Of a stretch of DNA of 64,000 nt, positions 45,038-55,500 are shown one piece after another. The DNA is from a virus (taxonomy: Duplodnaviria > Caudoviricetes), in IMG/VR virus record IMGVR_UViG_2654588115_000001, positions 16,268-80,267 of that record, one strand, 5' to 3'. The notes under the pieces were generated by a model, which saw only the letters and a list, made by a program, of their open reading frames with translations, made no database searches and was not told where the DNA came from. Both the position numbers and the translations under genes were made by a program. Position 1 is the stretch's first letter. Every line of letters begins with the position of its first letter.

Positions 45038-45412
45038 TTATGTTGCACGTGGTTTAGCCTTGGGGTCATATGTAACCACACAGTCAGCCGGAGCGCCCCA
45101 CGGTTGATTTTTCTGCAATGCCTTGTTTGCTTTGCGCCCCAAGACGATTTTCTTCAGCTTCGGACAGTTCAAAAAGGCGTTCTTTTGGATATTCGCCACA
45201 TTTTTCGGCACAAACACCTCTTCCAGTTCCAAGAAATCAGCAAAGGTATAGGATTCAATGAGGTCAAAATCACTGCTCTTCGGTATTTCCAAATAAGTCA
45301 ACGTTCCCTCGAAGAATCCCACATCTGCTGAACTGGTATCTATCGTAATATCCTCGTCCTTGCTATGGTCACGGCAATCCACAATCATGTTTATTACAGG
45401 CAAATTACCCCC
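45038..45412 (-). CDS. BspA-like LRR protein
   Basis: IESYTF....LEEV.VP..V..IQ.NAF.NC..L; PWGAP; start uncertain. Confidence 0.8.
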   Translation of the reverse strand, partial: GGNLPVINMIVDCRDHSKDEDITIDTSSADVGFFEGTLTYLEIPKSSDFDLIESYTFADFLELEEVFVPKNVANIQKNAFLNCPKLKKIVLGRKANKALQKNQPWGAPADCVVTYDPKAKPRAT

Positions 45413-45824
45413 TCCATTCCACTTCCGGCTCATTATCCGCACCCCACGGGTAGCCAGTTATACTATCCTTGGGAGCATGAAAGATTATTTTCCCCGGCGA
45501 TGTGTCACGAAAGCAATCCACAGGTAAGGCCGTAACCGTACTCGGAAACTCCACCGAACCGAGCTGACAATTACAGAACGCCTTGCTATGCACCTCCGTT
45601 ACCCCCTCTGGTACAGTCACCACCAAGTCACTACTGGGCCAACAATCGTTGAAAATATAGCTGCGAAGTTTCTTCGTTCCCTTCGGAATATTCACCGCAG
45701 GAATTTCCCCAGAATGATACAGAAGAGCCACCGCTACCGCAGATAACCCTTTATCACCGCTCGGCTGTACCGTAGTTGCACCGGCAGGAAGAATCTCCAT
45801 CGGAATCCGGTTTATCAGCATCAA
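45405..45824 (-). CDS. BspA-like LRR protein
   Basis: IP.G...L.SY.F, VPEGVTEV.SKAF, FPSTVT.L; PWGA. Confidence 0.8.
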   Translation of the reverse strand: MMLINRIPMEILPAGATTVQPSGDKGLSAVAVALLYHSGEIPAVNIPKGTKKLRSYIFNDCWPSSDLVVTVPEGVTEVHSKAFCNCQLGSVEFPSTVTALPVDCFRDTSPGKIIFHAPKDSITGYPWGADNEPEVEWRG

Positions 45825-47827
45825 ATCACCACCATTTCAAAAGTTACATCTACCGTAGGAGCCTGCTGCATAGCCCGGAGGGTAACGTAGCCATCCTCCT
45901 GCCATACACAGCTTATACAAGCCTGTGCCACCTGTTTGTAGACTTCGAGGGTGGTATCATTCGGCAGACCAAGAAACATCACGGAATCCTTCTTTATCGC
46001 CTCATTGCTTAGTTCTGCCTCCTTGTCTTTCCAACTACTGGCAGAAATCGTGAAGGCGAACGTGGTTTTCTGCATCGCAGCACCACCGCTGGACGAGCCA
46101 CTAGCCCCTTTTGGCAGCACAAAGTCCAACACCGCATCCGTGTCCGTACCGCTATTGATAACACTGGGCGTATCGCCCTCGGTAACTGTGCCAATTTTCA
46201 CCGTTGCGGCCTTGCCATCAGCACCTTTAGCTCCCGTCGCTCCATCCGCGCCTTTTTCGCCAGGAACGCCTTGGATACCCTGCTCACCTTGCGGTCCCTG
46301 TGCGCCATCAGCTCCTTTCAAGGATTCTAGCCATGCTTTCTCCGAACCCACGAAGCCATTATCAAGGGCAATCTCATAGGCACTTCTCCCATCCTTGCCT
46401 GGAGTTCCAGTGCCCCCTCCGGAGCCCGTATCAGTAACAGGCAGGGTAAAATCAAAGATTGCTTCGCTTTCTGTGCCCACATTTACAACACGGGGAGCCG
46501 AACCGGTAGTTACCTTGCCAACTTTGATTGTCGCAGCCTTGCCATCTGCACCATTGGCCCCGTCTTTCCCTGGTACTCCATTCGCACCCGGTTTTCCATC
46601 CGTACCACGCTCTCCATCTTTTCCTTTAAGGGATTCGAGCCATTCTTGTACCGTTCCCTCAAAGCCAGTATCCTTTGCCACCTCATAGGCAGACCGACCA
46701 TCTTTCCCCTGTCCCCCTGTGCCAGTGCTGCTCCCCATGGACGCGGGGAAAGTAAAATTCAGAACCGCATCCAAGTCCGTTCCTACATTTTCCACGGCAA
46801 GTTTATCGCCAACACTCACCGTACCAACCTTGATACGGGCAGAGGTTCCATCGAACCCACGCAAAGACTGTAACCAGGCTGACTCCGAACCTTCATAGCC
46901 ATTTTCCACTGCAACTTCATAGGCGGATAATCCACTTTCCCCCTTCAATGCAGTCAGCCATTCCTTTTCTGTGCCGGTATACCCCAGTTCCTTCGCCGCT
47001 TCATAAGCACTTTTACCGGTTGCGCCCTGTTTGATGCTGGAATAACTTGGCATAACAATATCCAGGACAACCTCAGATTCCGTGCCGGAATTCGTCACCT
47101 TAAACTCATTTTTATCTGAAAAAGCAACTTTACCAACCGAAAAGGTACAAGGCTTTCCATCTATGCCATTTGCTCCGTTTACCCCGTCCTTGCCATCCTT
47201 ACCATTGATGCCGTCCTTGCCCTTCAATGAAGCCAGCCAATTAACTTCCGAGGAGTTATAGCCATTCTTGACGGCAATTTCATAGGCAGACAGGCCATTT
47301 ACGCCATCCTTGCCGTTTGCACCGTCTTTACCATCCTGACCAGGCTTGCCATTCGTACCGTTCTTCCCGTTAGCACCGTCTTGTCCTTTGAGAGATTCGA
47401 GGAATGCCTTTTCCGTGCCCACAAAGCCGTTTTCCAGCGCGAGGTCATATACGGACTTGCCCACTGCATCCTTGCCGTCTTTACCATTCTGGCCAGCAGG
47501 TCCGGTATCGCCCTTCTCCCCCTTATCACCTTTCAGCGAGGCCAGCCACGCAGATTCAGAGCCGGTGAATCCTTGCCGCACCGCGATAGCATAGGCAGAT
47601 TCGCCATCTTTGCCATTGACACCAGCCCCACCGCTGCCGGAAGAACCACTGCCACTCCCACGGTTATCGTAGAGCCACCGCAGATTTTCAGCTATAACAT
47701 CGTACAAACCATTATTATCACCAGTGGCAAAGGCGGTTTCCTTACCGGCTACGCCGGCCTTTACGATGTTATTATTTTTATCCCGCTGTTCCAAATATTG
47801 AAATCCTGCATTAAGCAAACTTATCAT
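45821..47827 (-). CDS. Collagen-like tail fibre
   Basis: G-X-Y runs; repeated SAYE.A..NG..G.E..WL.SLKG and ATIKVG.V...V.N.GT...A..DF modules. Confidence 0.9.
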   Translation of the reverse strand: MISLLNAGFQYLEQRDKNNNIVKAGVAGKETAFATGDNNGLYDVIAENLRWLYDNRGSGSGSSGSGGAGVNGKDGESAYAIAVRQGFTGSESAWLASLKGDKGEKGDTGPAGQNGKDGKDAVGKSVYDLALENGFVGTEKAFLESLKGQDGANGKNGTNGKPGQDGKDGANGKDGVNGLSAYEIAVKNGYNSSEVNWLASLKGKDGINGKDGKDGVNGANGIDGKPCTFSVGKVAFSDKNEFKVTNSGTESEVVLDIVMPSYSSIKQGATGKSAYEAAKELGYTGTEKEWLTALKGESGLSAYEVAVENGYEGSESAWLQSLRGFDGTSARIKVGTVSVGDKLAVENVGTDLDAVLNFTFPASMGSSTGTGGQGKDGRSAYEVAKDTGFEGTVQEWLESLKGKDGERGTDGKPGANGVPGKDGANGADGKAATIKVGKVTTGSAPRVVNVGTESEAIFDFTLPVTDTGSGGGTGTPGKDGRSAYEIALDNGFVGSEKAWLESLKGADGAQGPQGEQGIQGVPGEKGADGATGAKGADGKAATVKIGTVTEGDTPSVINSGTDTDAVLDFVLPKGASGSSSGGAAMQKTTFAFTISASSWKDKEAELSNEAIKKDSVMFLGLPNDTTLEVYKQVAQACISCVWQEDGYVTLRAMQQAPTVDVTFEMVVI

Positions 47828-49208
47828 CCTCCCCACTTTCAAAGTATTCATAGGCATCAATTACATCGAGGAATACCCCATCGAAATTCGCCCGTAGAAT
47901 CAAATCAAGGTAACTGTCCTCCAAGCCGAATAAAACTTTTTTCCATTCAGCTGTCCAATACTTGACCTTGTAGTTCCCCTCCCAAAAGGGGTTCGGTTCA
48001 GCAATCCATTCGCAGTAAGAAACCGCGTCCTTCCACTTCATGTAATTGGGGTCTGTTGGGTCGTCACTACCAGGCTTATAATTGCTCCATTCTGGATTCC
48101 AGTAGGAACGATAGACCTCTGCCTCTCCCAATGACATATAGCAGCATACCAATCGCCTTGCTCCGTTAGGCTTATAGCGCAGCCGCTGAATATCCTCTCG
48201 CGTCAGCACATCGCCGGCATATACCAGGTCAATAATTATGCAATCGAACCATGTAGCGGCCAGCTTATTCAGATAATCGTCCTTATCCGTAAACTGTGGC
48301 TCTTTATCACTATTCGGATTAAGCAGCAGCATGAAACTGTCAAGGTCTGCAATCTTATATACATCACGGGGCGTATGGGGTAATTCGTATGTAGGAATCT
48401 TGGTCAGCTCACGGTCGGTAGCCACGCAATCACCAAATCCCCTCCGCTTGCACTCCTCAAAGCTGCGCTTTATCTTCTCCGGCGACCAGCAGTAGTCAAT
48501 AACGAGTGACCGCACCCCGACACGCTCTGCCGTGGCCATGTAGCTGTAGAAATCCTCTCGATACTGTTCTGGCGTTTCTTCATCGTCCGCCGCATCCCAG
48601 TTAATGTCTGCACCGTAATTCACATCCTCCACCGTCACCGCATCCACCACAGCCCCCAGTTTCTTTGTATCGTCCAATGTCCAGCCATGGGCCAAATCCT
48701 CGGTAAAGATGGCCACACCGCCGTTATTGATAATCTGGAAATCCGGATAGTTACGGGCAAGCGTATACTTACGAATATCCTCGATAAGCTCCCGCATGGC
48801 ATGACGGTAATTTTTAGGGTCGGGCGTTGATGTAGTTTTCGCAACAATCACTGGACTTGCCACAAAGGCACTCCCCTTGGGCTTTGCCGTCTTATCCCAG
48901 ATAACCTCACAGTCCTTTGGCGCTCCCCACGGCGCATATTTTGCCCATGTCTTTGCCTCTTTCTTATCCTTGGCAACCACAATCCGTTTCAGCTTGGGGC
49001 AATCCTTGAAAGTATGCGCATCAAAGGTTTCCGTCACCCCCGGCACAAACACTTCTTCCAGATTTGGAAAATTCACCACAGCATATTCCCCTGCGCCACT
49101 CCATTCCTCATTGAAGGGAAAGGAAAGGTATTTCAGATTTCCTGCCAAGACCTCCCTATCGAAAGGCGCAGCCTCACTGTTGCTAGTCCACACCGTATTA
49201 AAGAACAT
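47811..49208 (-). CDS. LRR + GH114-like (MJ1477/TM1410, PelA-like) glycoside hydrolase
   Basis: N-terminal LRR and PWGAP; KPNGARRLV.CY.SLGEAE.YR.YW, W.GNY.VKYW..EW, FDGVFLD.IDAYEYFE. Confidence 0.85.
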   Translation of the reverse strand: MFFNTVWTSNSEAAPFDREVLAGNLKYLSFPFNEEWSGAGEYAVVNFPNLEEVFVPGVTETFDAHTFKDCPKLKRIVVAKDKKEAKTWAKYAPWGAPKDCEVIWDKTAKPKGSAFVASPVIVAKTTSTPDPKNYRHAMRELIEDIRKYTLARNYPDFQIINNGGVAIFTEDLAHGWTLDDTKKLGAVVDAVTVEDVNYGADINWDAADDEETPEQYREDFYSYMATAERVGVRSLVIDYCWSPEKIKRSFEECKRRGFGDCVATDRELTKIPTYELPHTPRDVYKIADLDSFMLLLNPNSDKEPQFTDKDDYLNKLAATWFDCIIIDLVYAGDVLTREDIQRLRYKPNGARRLVCCYMSLGEAEVYRSYWNPEWSNYKPGSDDPTDPNYMKWKDAVSYCEWIAEPNPFWEGNYKVKYWTAEWKKVLFGLEDSYLDLILRANFDGVFLDVIDAYEYFESGEDDKFA

Positions 49209-49855
49209 TAACTATCACCATCCCATATTCCCTCTGGATTTCCTGTGTTGCCACCATACCAGGGAGGGTCGAACCAATCTCCCTTGGCATCGAACCATCC
49301 CATCGACCCATCTTGCATGCTGCCATATTTTCTATGCACAACTAAGGATTTTACCGTACAGTCAAAGGCTCCATCGCCAATAGTTCGTATGCCCTCACCA
49401 ATTTCCACGATAACGCCCCCCGGCACATCCATTCCCGAAAAAGCATTCTTACCAATCTTCTGTATGGAATCCGGCAGAATCACCGTTTCAAGAGCTGGCC
49501 CGTCCATAAAGGCTTCCTCGCCAATTTCCACCAAACCTTCTTCAAAGGTAATCCTGGTTAAGCCAGCACCGTAAAAAGCATGATGGTCTATTTTCTTTAC
49601 CCCTTTGGGAATACGAATTTCTTTTATCGCACACTCCGAAAAAGCATACGGAGCGATATAGTTGAGGGTGTCCGGCAGTTCAATCACTAGATTTTCACTT
49701 TCCGGCCAAAAGTTATAAAAAGCATAGGGGCGTATGCTTGTTACCCCTTCGGGGATTACATAGTAATCCAGGTCTTTCGTAAAATATTTTCGCAGGTCAG
49801 TGCTGATTCGGTAGTTATCCCTTTTCGGTGGAGCAAATAGATTGCAAAAACTCAT
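49208..49855 (-). CDS. BspA-like LRR protein
   Basis: Multiple IPEGVTSI..YAF / LPDSIQKIGKNAF repeats; ATGA-coupled start. Confidence 0.88.
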   Translation of the reverse strand: MSFCNLFAPPKRDNYRISTDLRKYFTKDLDYYVIPEGVTSIRPYAFYNFWPESENLVIELPDTLNYIAPYAFSECAIKEIRIPKGVKKIDHHAFYGAGLTRITFEEGLVEIGEEAFMDGPALETVILPDSIQKIGKNAFSGMDVPGGVIVEIGEGIRTIGDGAFDCTVKSLVVHRKYGSMQDGSMGWFDAKGDWFDPPWYGGNTGNPEGIWDGDS

Positions 49856-50784
49856 AGCAGCAAGAACCTCACATTCACCGATTGGTCCGGGGCATCCCCA
49901 AGGCATTTGATAATGAAATAGCCATTGCCCTGCTCCCGGCATACGATATGCGCATCCGCAATGATGTTATACACCGTTTCGCTTGTTCCAACCTCCGGCT
50001 CCATAATAATGTCCGTTGCAGGCGTAATAAGAACGTCCTCAATACGGTATTCCTTTTGGCTATCCCACTTGCCAGGAAGCAAGGTTACTTTCAGCGACTT
50101 CTTCTGCATCAGCCCAGCATCCACGGTTATATCCTTGGTTCCATCAAATGCCACGCCATTGATTTTTGCAGGCAGCCGTAGTTTATCAGCCACCTCGGCT
50201 CTCTTCGCCCTATCGACATTACCTGTAATATCGCCATGGATAAGCCCGGAAACATGGAACTCACCATCATCGTCAACACTGATGGTTCCCTTCACCGCAT
50301 TTGCCGTATCATGGAAAGTAACCGCGTACCCCACATTTCCCGTAGAAATAGCCTCCTTACGCCCCAGCAGGGCCTCAATATTGGTCGCGGTTTGGTTTAG
50401 CGTTGCGATTAAGGTTTTCATTTCCTTTATCTTTGATGCAGCCAAATCAACGGAAGCCACAGTTTCATCCCGATAGGTTTTCGCATTGTCCGCAGCGCTC
50501 TGTGCAATAGCCACATTAGCTTTCACTTGCCCGGCAGCCTTATTCGCATCAGAGAGTGCCTTATCCACCTGTTTCGCTATGGCGTTGACTTTATCCAAAT
50601 CCTCTCGCGTAACCTCCTGTTGAAAATTATCCAGCATGGATTTCAGTACCCGTAAATCCTCCGCAATAACATCGTAAATGCCTGTATTATCGCCGGTTGT
50701 TAATGGGCTATCCTTAGAAACCACACCTTCTGCAAGGATATTCCCCTTTTTATCCCGTTGTTCTAATGCTTGAAAACCGGACAA
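49852..50784 (-). CDS. Tail fibre / side fibre protein
   Basis: Coiled coil, ADKL..PAKINGVAFDGTKDIT motif; N- and C-terminal domains shared with 45821-47827. Confidence 0.85.
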   Translation of the reverse strand: MSGFQALEQRDKKGNILAEGVVSKDSPLTTGDNTGIYDVIAEDLRVLKSMLDNFQQEVTREDLDKVNAIAKQVDKALSDANKAAGQVKANVAIAQSAADNAKTYRDETVASVDLAASKIKEMKTLIATLNQTATNIEALLGRKEAISTGNVGYAVTFHDTANAVKGTISVDDDGEFHVSGLIHGDITGNVDRAKRAEVADKLRLPAKINGVAFDGTKDITVDAGLMQKKSLKVTLLPGKWDSQKEYRIEDVLITPATDIIMEPEVGTSETVYNIIADAHIVCREQGNGYFIIKCLGDAPDQSVNVRFLLL

Positions 50785-50796
50785 TCAATCACCTCC

Positions 50797-52200
50797 CTAT
50801 ACAATATCTACAATGTGACACATAGAAAGGTCACAGGCTATACCATCCGTAATCGTCCAGTTGCCACCTTCTTCTTTTTTTCGCCCACCTAAATAATTAT
50901 TCCAAGACCAGACAGGCATATTCGGATTAGCAACATAACAACACTCTGCAATAAGCTCTCCGTTTTCATGCCATTGAAGCACTTTGCCTATACCTTCGTA
51001 ATAGTAGGTATAATCGTACTCTTTCCCTACAACAAATTGGTCAATTTCCTCTTTACTACAATTCTCATTCCATCCGCCTTTTTCACTGCCACTTGCTATT
51101 ACCTTGTTTAAGTGCTCTAATGACCCTGCACCTTTAAGTTTTGTCAGCCTTAAAATCTCGAACTCTTGTGCCAATCGGATATGTCTTTTGCCGTCAAGAT
51201 TCGTGAATTCATAGCCCACAGCATAACAACAGTTTTTATCTTTTTCCGGCCCAACAAGCGATGGCAGCCATATATTCATAGGGCACATCAACGATGCGGA
51301 TGGAGTGGTTATACAATCCCATTTTTTATCTATTTTTATATGTATTCCGGCTGGCAGCGTCCTTCCATAAACGGTTATTTTCTCTGGTTTTGCATCACCA
51401 AACAATTTTTTCCAGTCATCTTTTGTATAATAATCGTCACCTTTCCAATATCTGTACTCTATATACTTAAATTCCGAATAAAGGTATCTTTCCATAGGAC
51501 GATTACCAAACTCTCCCCTATTGGGGAACTTAGCCCACTCATATTCCTTGTTTCCCGTGTTTGCAGGTTTGCCATCCACGCCACCGAAACGATACCCATG
51601 AATAGAACAATTCTTGCTTACCTCTCTATGGAACCACTTTTTATCACTGCTATAAGACACATCATATTCGTTATAGGTTCCCCAGAACCTCACAGCCAAC
51701 GCCAAATATAACATGGGAAATCCAGGAGCATAATAAACATCGGAGTAACCTGTCAGCAGCTGCTTGCTGTTCTCCGTGCTTACATATTTTTGGAAAGTAG
51801 TTACCCCTGTGTAAAGTGACTCTTTGAAACTTCCCAGATAGCCACGATTGTTAAATACGATATTCCCTTTTCCATCCCGCAGTTCCAGCCCAGCACCATG
51901 CTCCATTTCCGGAAAATAATCCTCAGACCAGAAATACGCCCTAATAGGCGATTCCATAGAACTTGTTACATACTGGATTTTCTTTCCATCCCTAGTGCAT
52001 TCGGGAGATATATACAGGGTTCCCTCTCTCGTCCAATACGAAACACCTGCTATCCCCTCTGGGATTTCAACCCCGTATATTTCCCCTTTTTCCATTTCAG
52101 CAACAAATTCCTTTTTTTCAACAATATGTAATAGACGTGTATTATCAGAGAACTGGAAAACATTATCTTTATTTCTCACTTCAAAATAAGTATCAGCCAT
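50797..52200 (-). CDS. Tail-associated protein (possible receptor-binding protein)
   Basis: Low-GC ORF after the tail tip; GLELRD..G.IVF motif. Confidence 0.65.
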   Translation of the reverse strand: MADTYFEVRNKDNVFQFSDNTRLLHIVEKKEFVAEMEKGEIYGVEIPEGIAGVSYWTREGTLYISPECTRDGKKIQYVTSSMESPIRAYFWSEDYFPEMEHGAGLELRDGKGNIVFNNRGYLGSFKESLYTGVTTFQKYVSTENSKQLLTGYSDVYYAPGFPMLYLALAVRFWGTYNEYDVSYSSDKKWFHREVSKNCSIHGYRFGGVDGKPANTGNKEYEWAKFPNRGEFGNRPMERYLYSEFKYIEYRYWKGDDYYTKDDWKKLFGDAKPEKITVYGRTLPAGIHIKIDKKWDCITTPSASLMCPMNIWLPSLVGPEKDKNCCYAVGYEFTNLDGKRHIRLAQEFEILRLTKLKGAGSLEHLNKVIASGSEKGGWNENCSKEEIDQFVVGKEYDYTYYYEGIGKVLQWHENGELIAECCYVANPNMPVWSWNNYLGGRKKEEGGNWTITDGIACDLSMCHIVDIV

Positions 52201-52568
52201 TAGAAATAACCATACCTCCATGTAATAGCATAAATAGTATCATGTCCGTTTACGTTGTCCATGATTCCATGAAAATAATCATGTATTGGCGTAGGCTTTA
52301 TATGGGAATACTCCCACTTTATCTGGTTGCCATCAACGCCAATCTTAGACGGGTACATATACACATTATTACTTCCGGCAGAAACCAATTTTATTTCCGA
52401 TGGTAAAATGGCAATATTTCTTCCAGCGATTTTATCATCTGTTATATATCCTGTTTCCACATCCCCACGGGTAACAAACGAGCCGAGCAGCTTAAACGGG
52501 CGCGACTCGTCCAATACCATATTGACTCCATACTCATTCTTGAACTTAAATCCGGCCTTCATCACCAC
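52200..52568 (-). CDS. Tail-associated protein
   Basis: 122 aa, AG....N..G....D motif typical of genes following J-like tips. Confidence 0.7.
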   Translation of the reverse strand: MVMKAGFKFKNEYGVNMVLDESRPFKLLGSFVTRGDVETGYITDDKIAGRNIAILPSEIKLVSAGSNNVYMYPSKIGVDGNQIKWEYSHIKPTPIHDYFHGIMDNVNGHDTIYAITWRYGYF

Positions 52569-55500
52569 ACCCCCAGTTTTACTCGCAGCACATTATTTTC
52601 ATCGAAAACCTTGATAAGATTATCGCTTATCTCCACTCGCGCCCCGGTGTCCTTGGTACGCAGCAGGCCAATCTTTGCTGATAACGCCGAAAGCTGCTTC
52701 ACGTTAACGCGGTCAGCCGAAATCGACCCTGCCGCCAGTTTATCAGCCGTAATACTCCCAGCCTTAATCATGCTCTCCGTGATAATATCATCGTCAAACT
52801 TGGTTTTCCCTGTCACATGCAGGTATTTGCCGTCAATTACCGTGCCATTCGAGGTCATGTTAATCTGATTGATTACATCCCCCTTCACCACACGCGCATT
52901 GATACCATCCACCAACTGCGTAATGGCAGAATACCCACTCTTAGATGGGTCTGTGTTTAGGTCTGTGATAACCTGCTGGATTTTATCGGCATTAATCTTT
53001 ACATCCGATGCCAGCCCTTTGTTCCGGTCTACAATTTTTGCATCAATTTCATTGGCTATCTGCGTAATCTGGCTTTGCGTCTGCGTTTTGGTATCCTGCA
53101 CCAACCCTTTGATTTCCGTATCGGATTTCGTAAGTTCAGCCAGCGATACATCTATCTCGCCAAGCTTCTTTGCCGTATCCTTTAGGTCTGCCACCGCCGA
53201 CTTGGCTATGCCATCGAATTTCTCCATGGACACAGAGCCATCCGCTATCCATTCGGCAGGAAAAGTCGGCTCAATGACCGCAGCGAATATCTGCGACATT
53301 TCCCCCTCGCCCATCCGGTCATAATAACAAGCCTTTACATCGTAAATCCCGGATTTCTCCATGAAATTAAGCACAGGATTCTCTAACCGGAAGGACTTGG
53401 AATAGCTTGTGCCGGTAATATAGAAGACCACACCACTTGCCCCATATGGCAATGGCGGTGCTACGATACTGACACCACGAGGGATTTTATTCACCGTGAT
53501 TTCCGTAGGTGCTTTCGGTCTTGGGTACGAGTAGGAAACCACCGCCGGATAGCTGGCCTTCTTGTACGCATTTATCGCATAGACATAGACCTTGCCACTA
53601 CGAGATTGCAGCGATACCGCGATGCTCCTGTCCTGCGTCCTGCCTAGAAGGCCAAATTCTTCGCCCACCTTCGTATTACTGCGGATTTCGTAGTAGACCA
53701 CATCCGAATCAGCCACATCATCCCATGAGAACAGGAATCTCTCACTGAAATCATAGCGGAGGTTCTGCGGACTGGCTGGAACCGTAGATTTCGGCGTAAC
53801 CACTATCCGTACATGGGGCGCACTGCTTTCCGAAGACAGCAGCCCTTCATCCGACTTTGCCTGTACGCGGAACTCATATTCATCACCGATATGCACATTC
53901 GGAATAACGAGCGTTCCCTGCGACTCTCCTGCGGATTTCCAAGGGGATAAGAACCCCAGTTGGTCAAGAGGCACATCCACAGGAATCTCCTGCACATCAC
54001 TGGCAATGGCGTTATTCGTCCGATAGGACACCACCGCCGTATTTACATCGTACCGCTGGGGCAGCTTGAACTTCACCACAATGTCATAACCGGTACTGCC
54101 GTCCATCCGTGTTCTGTACCGCGTAACCGCCGTCAGAGCCGATACCTGCCCCGGTCTGCGCCGTTCTACCGCAGTAGATTCATTGGCCGGTATGTAGTTA
54201 TACCAGCTAATGCCACCGCCTAAATCATCGTTATAGAGGTCAGGGTTATACTGTCGGCCGGAAATTGTGAACCGATGTTCCTCCGTTTCCCGAATCTCGG
54301 CAATGCGGATGGGCAAATTCTTGAACACATCATGGTAACTTACCGTGACCACATCCCCCGGCTCCAGGTGCATGGCCTGGTAGCCCGTGGTAAAGCTGAT
54401 TTGCAGCGGACAGGCAAGGTTATAGTCACGATAGAACCGCGCCAGGCGCAATGCCTGGTTTTGTGAGGTCACACCGTTTAATTGCACTTCCTTGGTGACA
54501 ACCTTTCCGCGCTCCTTCTGGTCGGAAAAATCCTCACACAGACAGGCAATGCTCTGCCAGTTATTACGCGGGTCAATGATTTTCACACTGTACTTATTCG
54601 GCGTTTCCGAGAGCTTCAGCGGAGCCACGGACAAATCCGAGCAGTTGCTATCCGTGAACCGATAAGACACCGGCTCCTTCTTCTCGATTTTCAGCTTGAA
54701 TTTCCCATGGGAAATCGTGAGATAACCACAAAAGTTCGCCAGAATCTCCTGCAACCAGTTAATCGCCGAATTGCTCTGGTCAATAATCATATTGAGTTCA
54801 TAGCGTTTCGCCTTTACCACCACATTATCTGCATTGTGGAACTCAATGATTTCATCGCAGTAATCCGCAGCCTCTTTCCACGAATCCTCGTCCAAATCAG
54901 CCTCCGTAATCCATTTACCCATGCCATAGCGTTTACTAAGCATAAAATCCCGCAGACAGAGCGCAGGGTTCGTAGAGTACACGGTTTTGCCAGTGCGCAG
55001 GTCAAAGACCTTCTTGCCACGCACAATCGCCGATACCGAGGGATTGCCATTGAGTTCTGCCGAGGTATTGAAGTGCATATCCAACCAGGCCAATTTCGGA
55101 TAACCGCCAACATCGTTGTAATTATCCGGTGCCTCACAGTCATGGAATGTGTACTTCGTACCGCCCTTCACCGTATCAGCCGTGAGTTTCAGCGGATTGT
55201 TATAGCATTTCCCCGCCGTGGGCAGTTTCAAGTCTCCCGGATATTTCGTTGTCGTGGCCGTGGGAAAGGCTTCCCAGCCATCGCCCAGACGGTTGATATA
55301 CGCTATGAGCGAGGAAATATTCATCTGCCACTCATAGAAAGAACCACTGCCGGACGCATCATCCTTATTGCAGAGATAGACCGAATGATTTACACCGTTG
55401 GCAGATAGTGCCAGCGTTTTGTTACTCAATGAAACCATGGCATCCGCATACTTGCGGTTCTGCACCGTAAATACTGCGCCCTCCTGCTGTTTTCCCGTGG

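Noticed and set aside
45821-47827. DNA repeats in the fibre gene as a DGR or shufflon
   Set aside because: They are explained by protein-level collagen and module repeats. No reverse transcriptase, TR/VR pair or adjacent invertase was seen.
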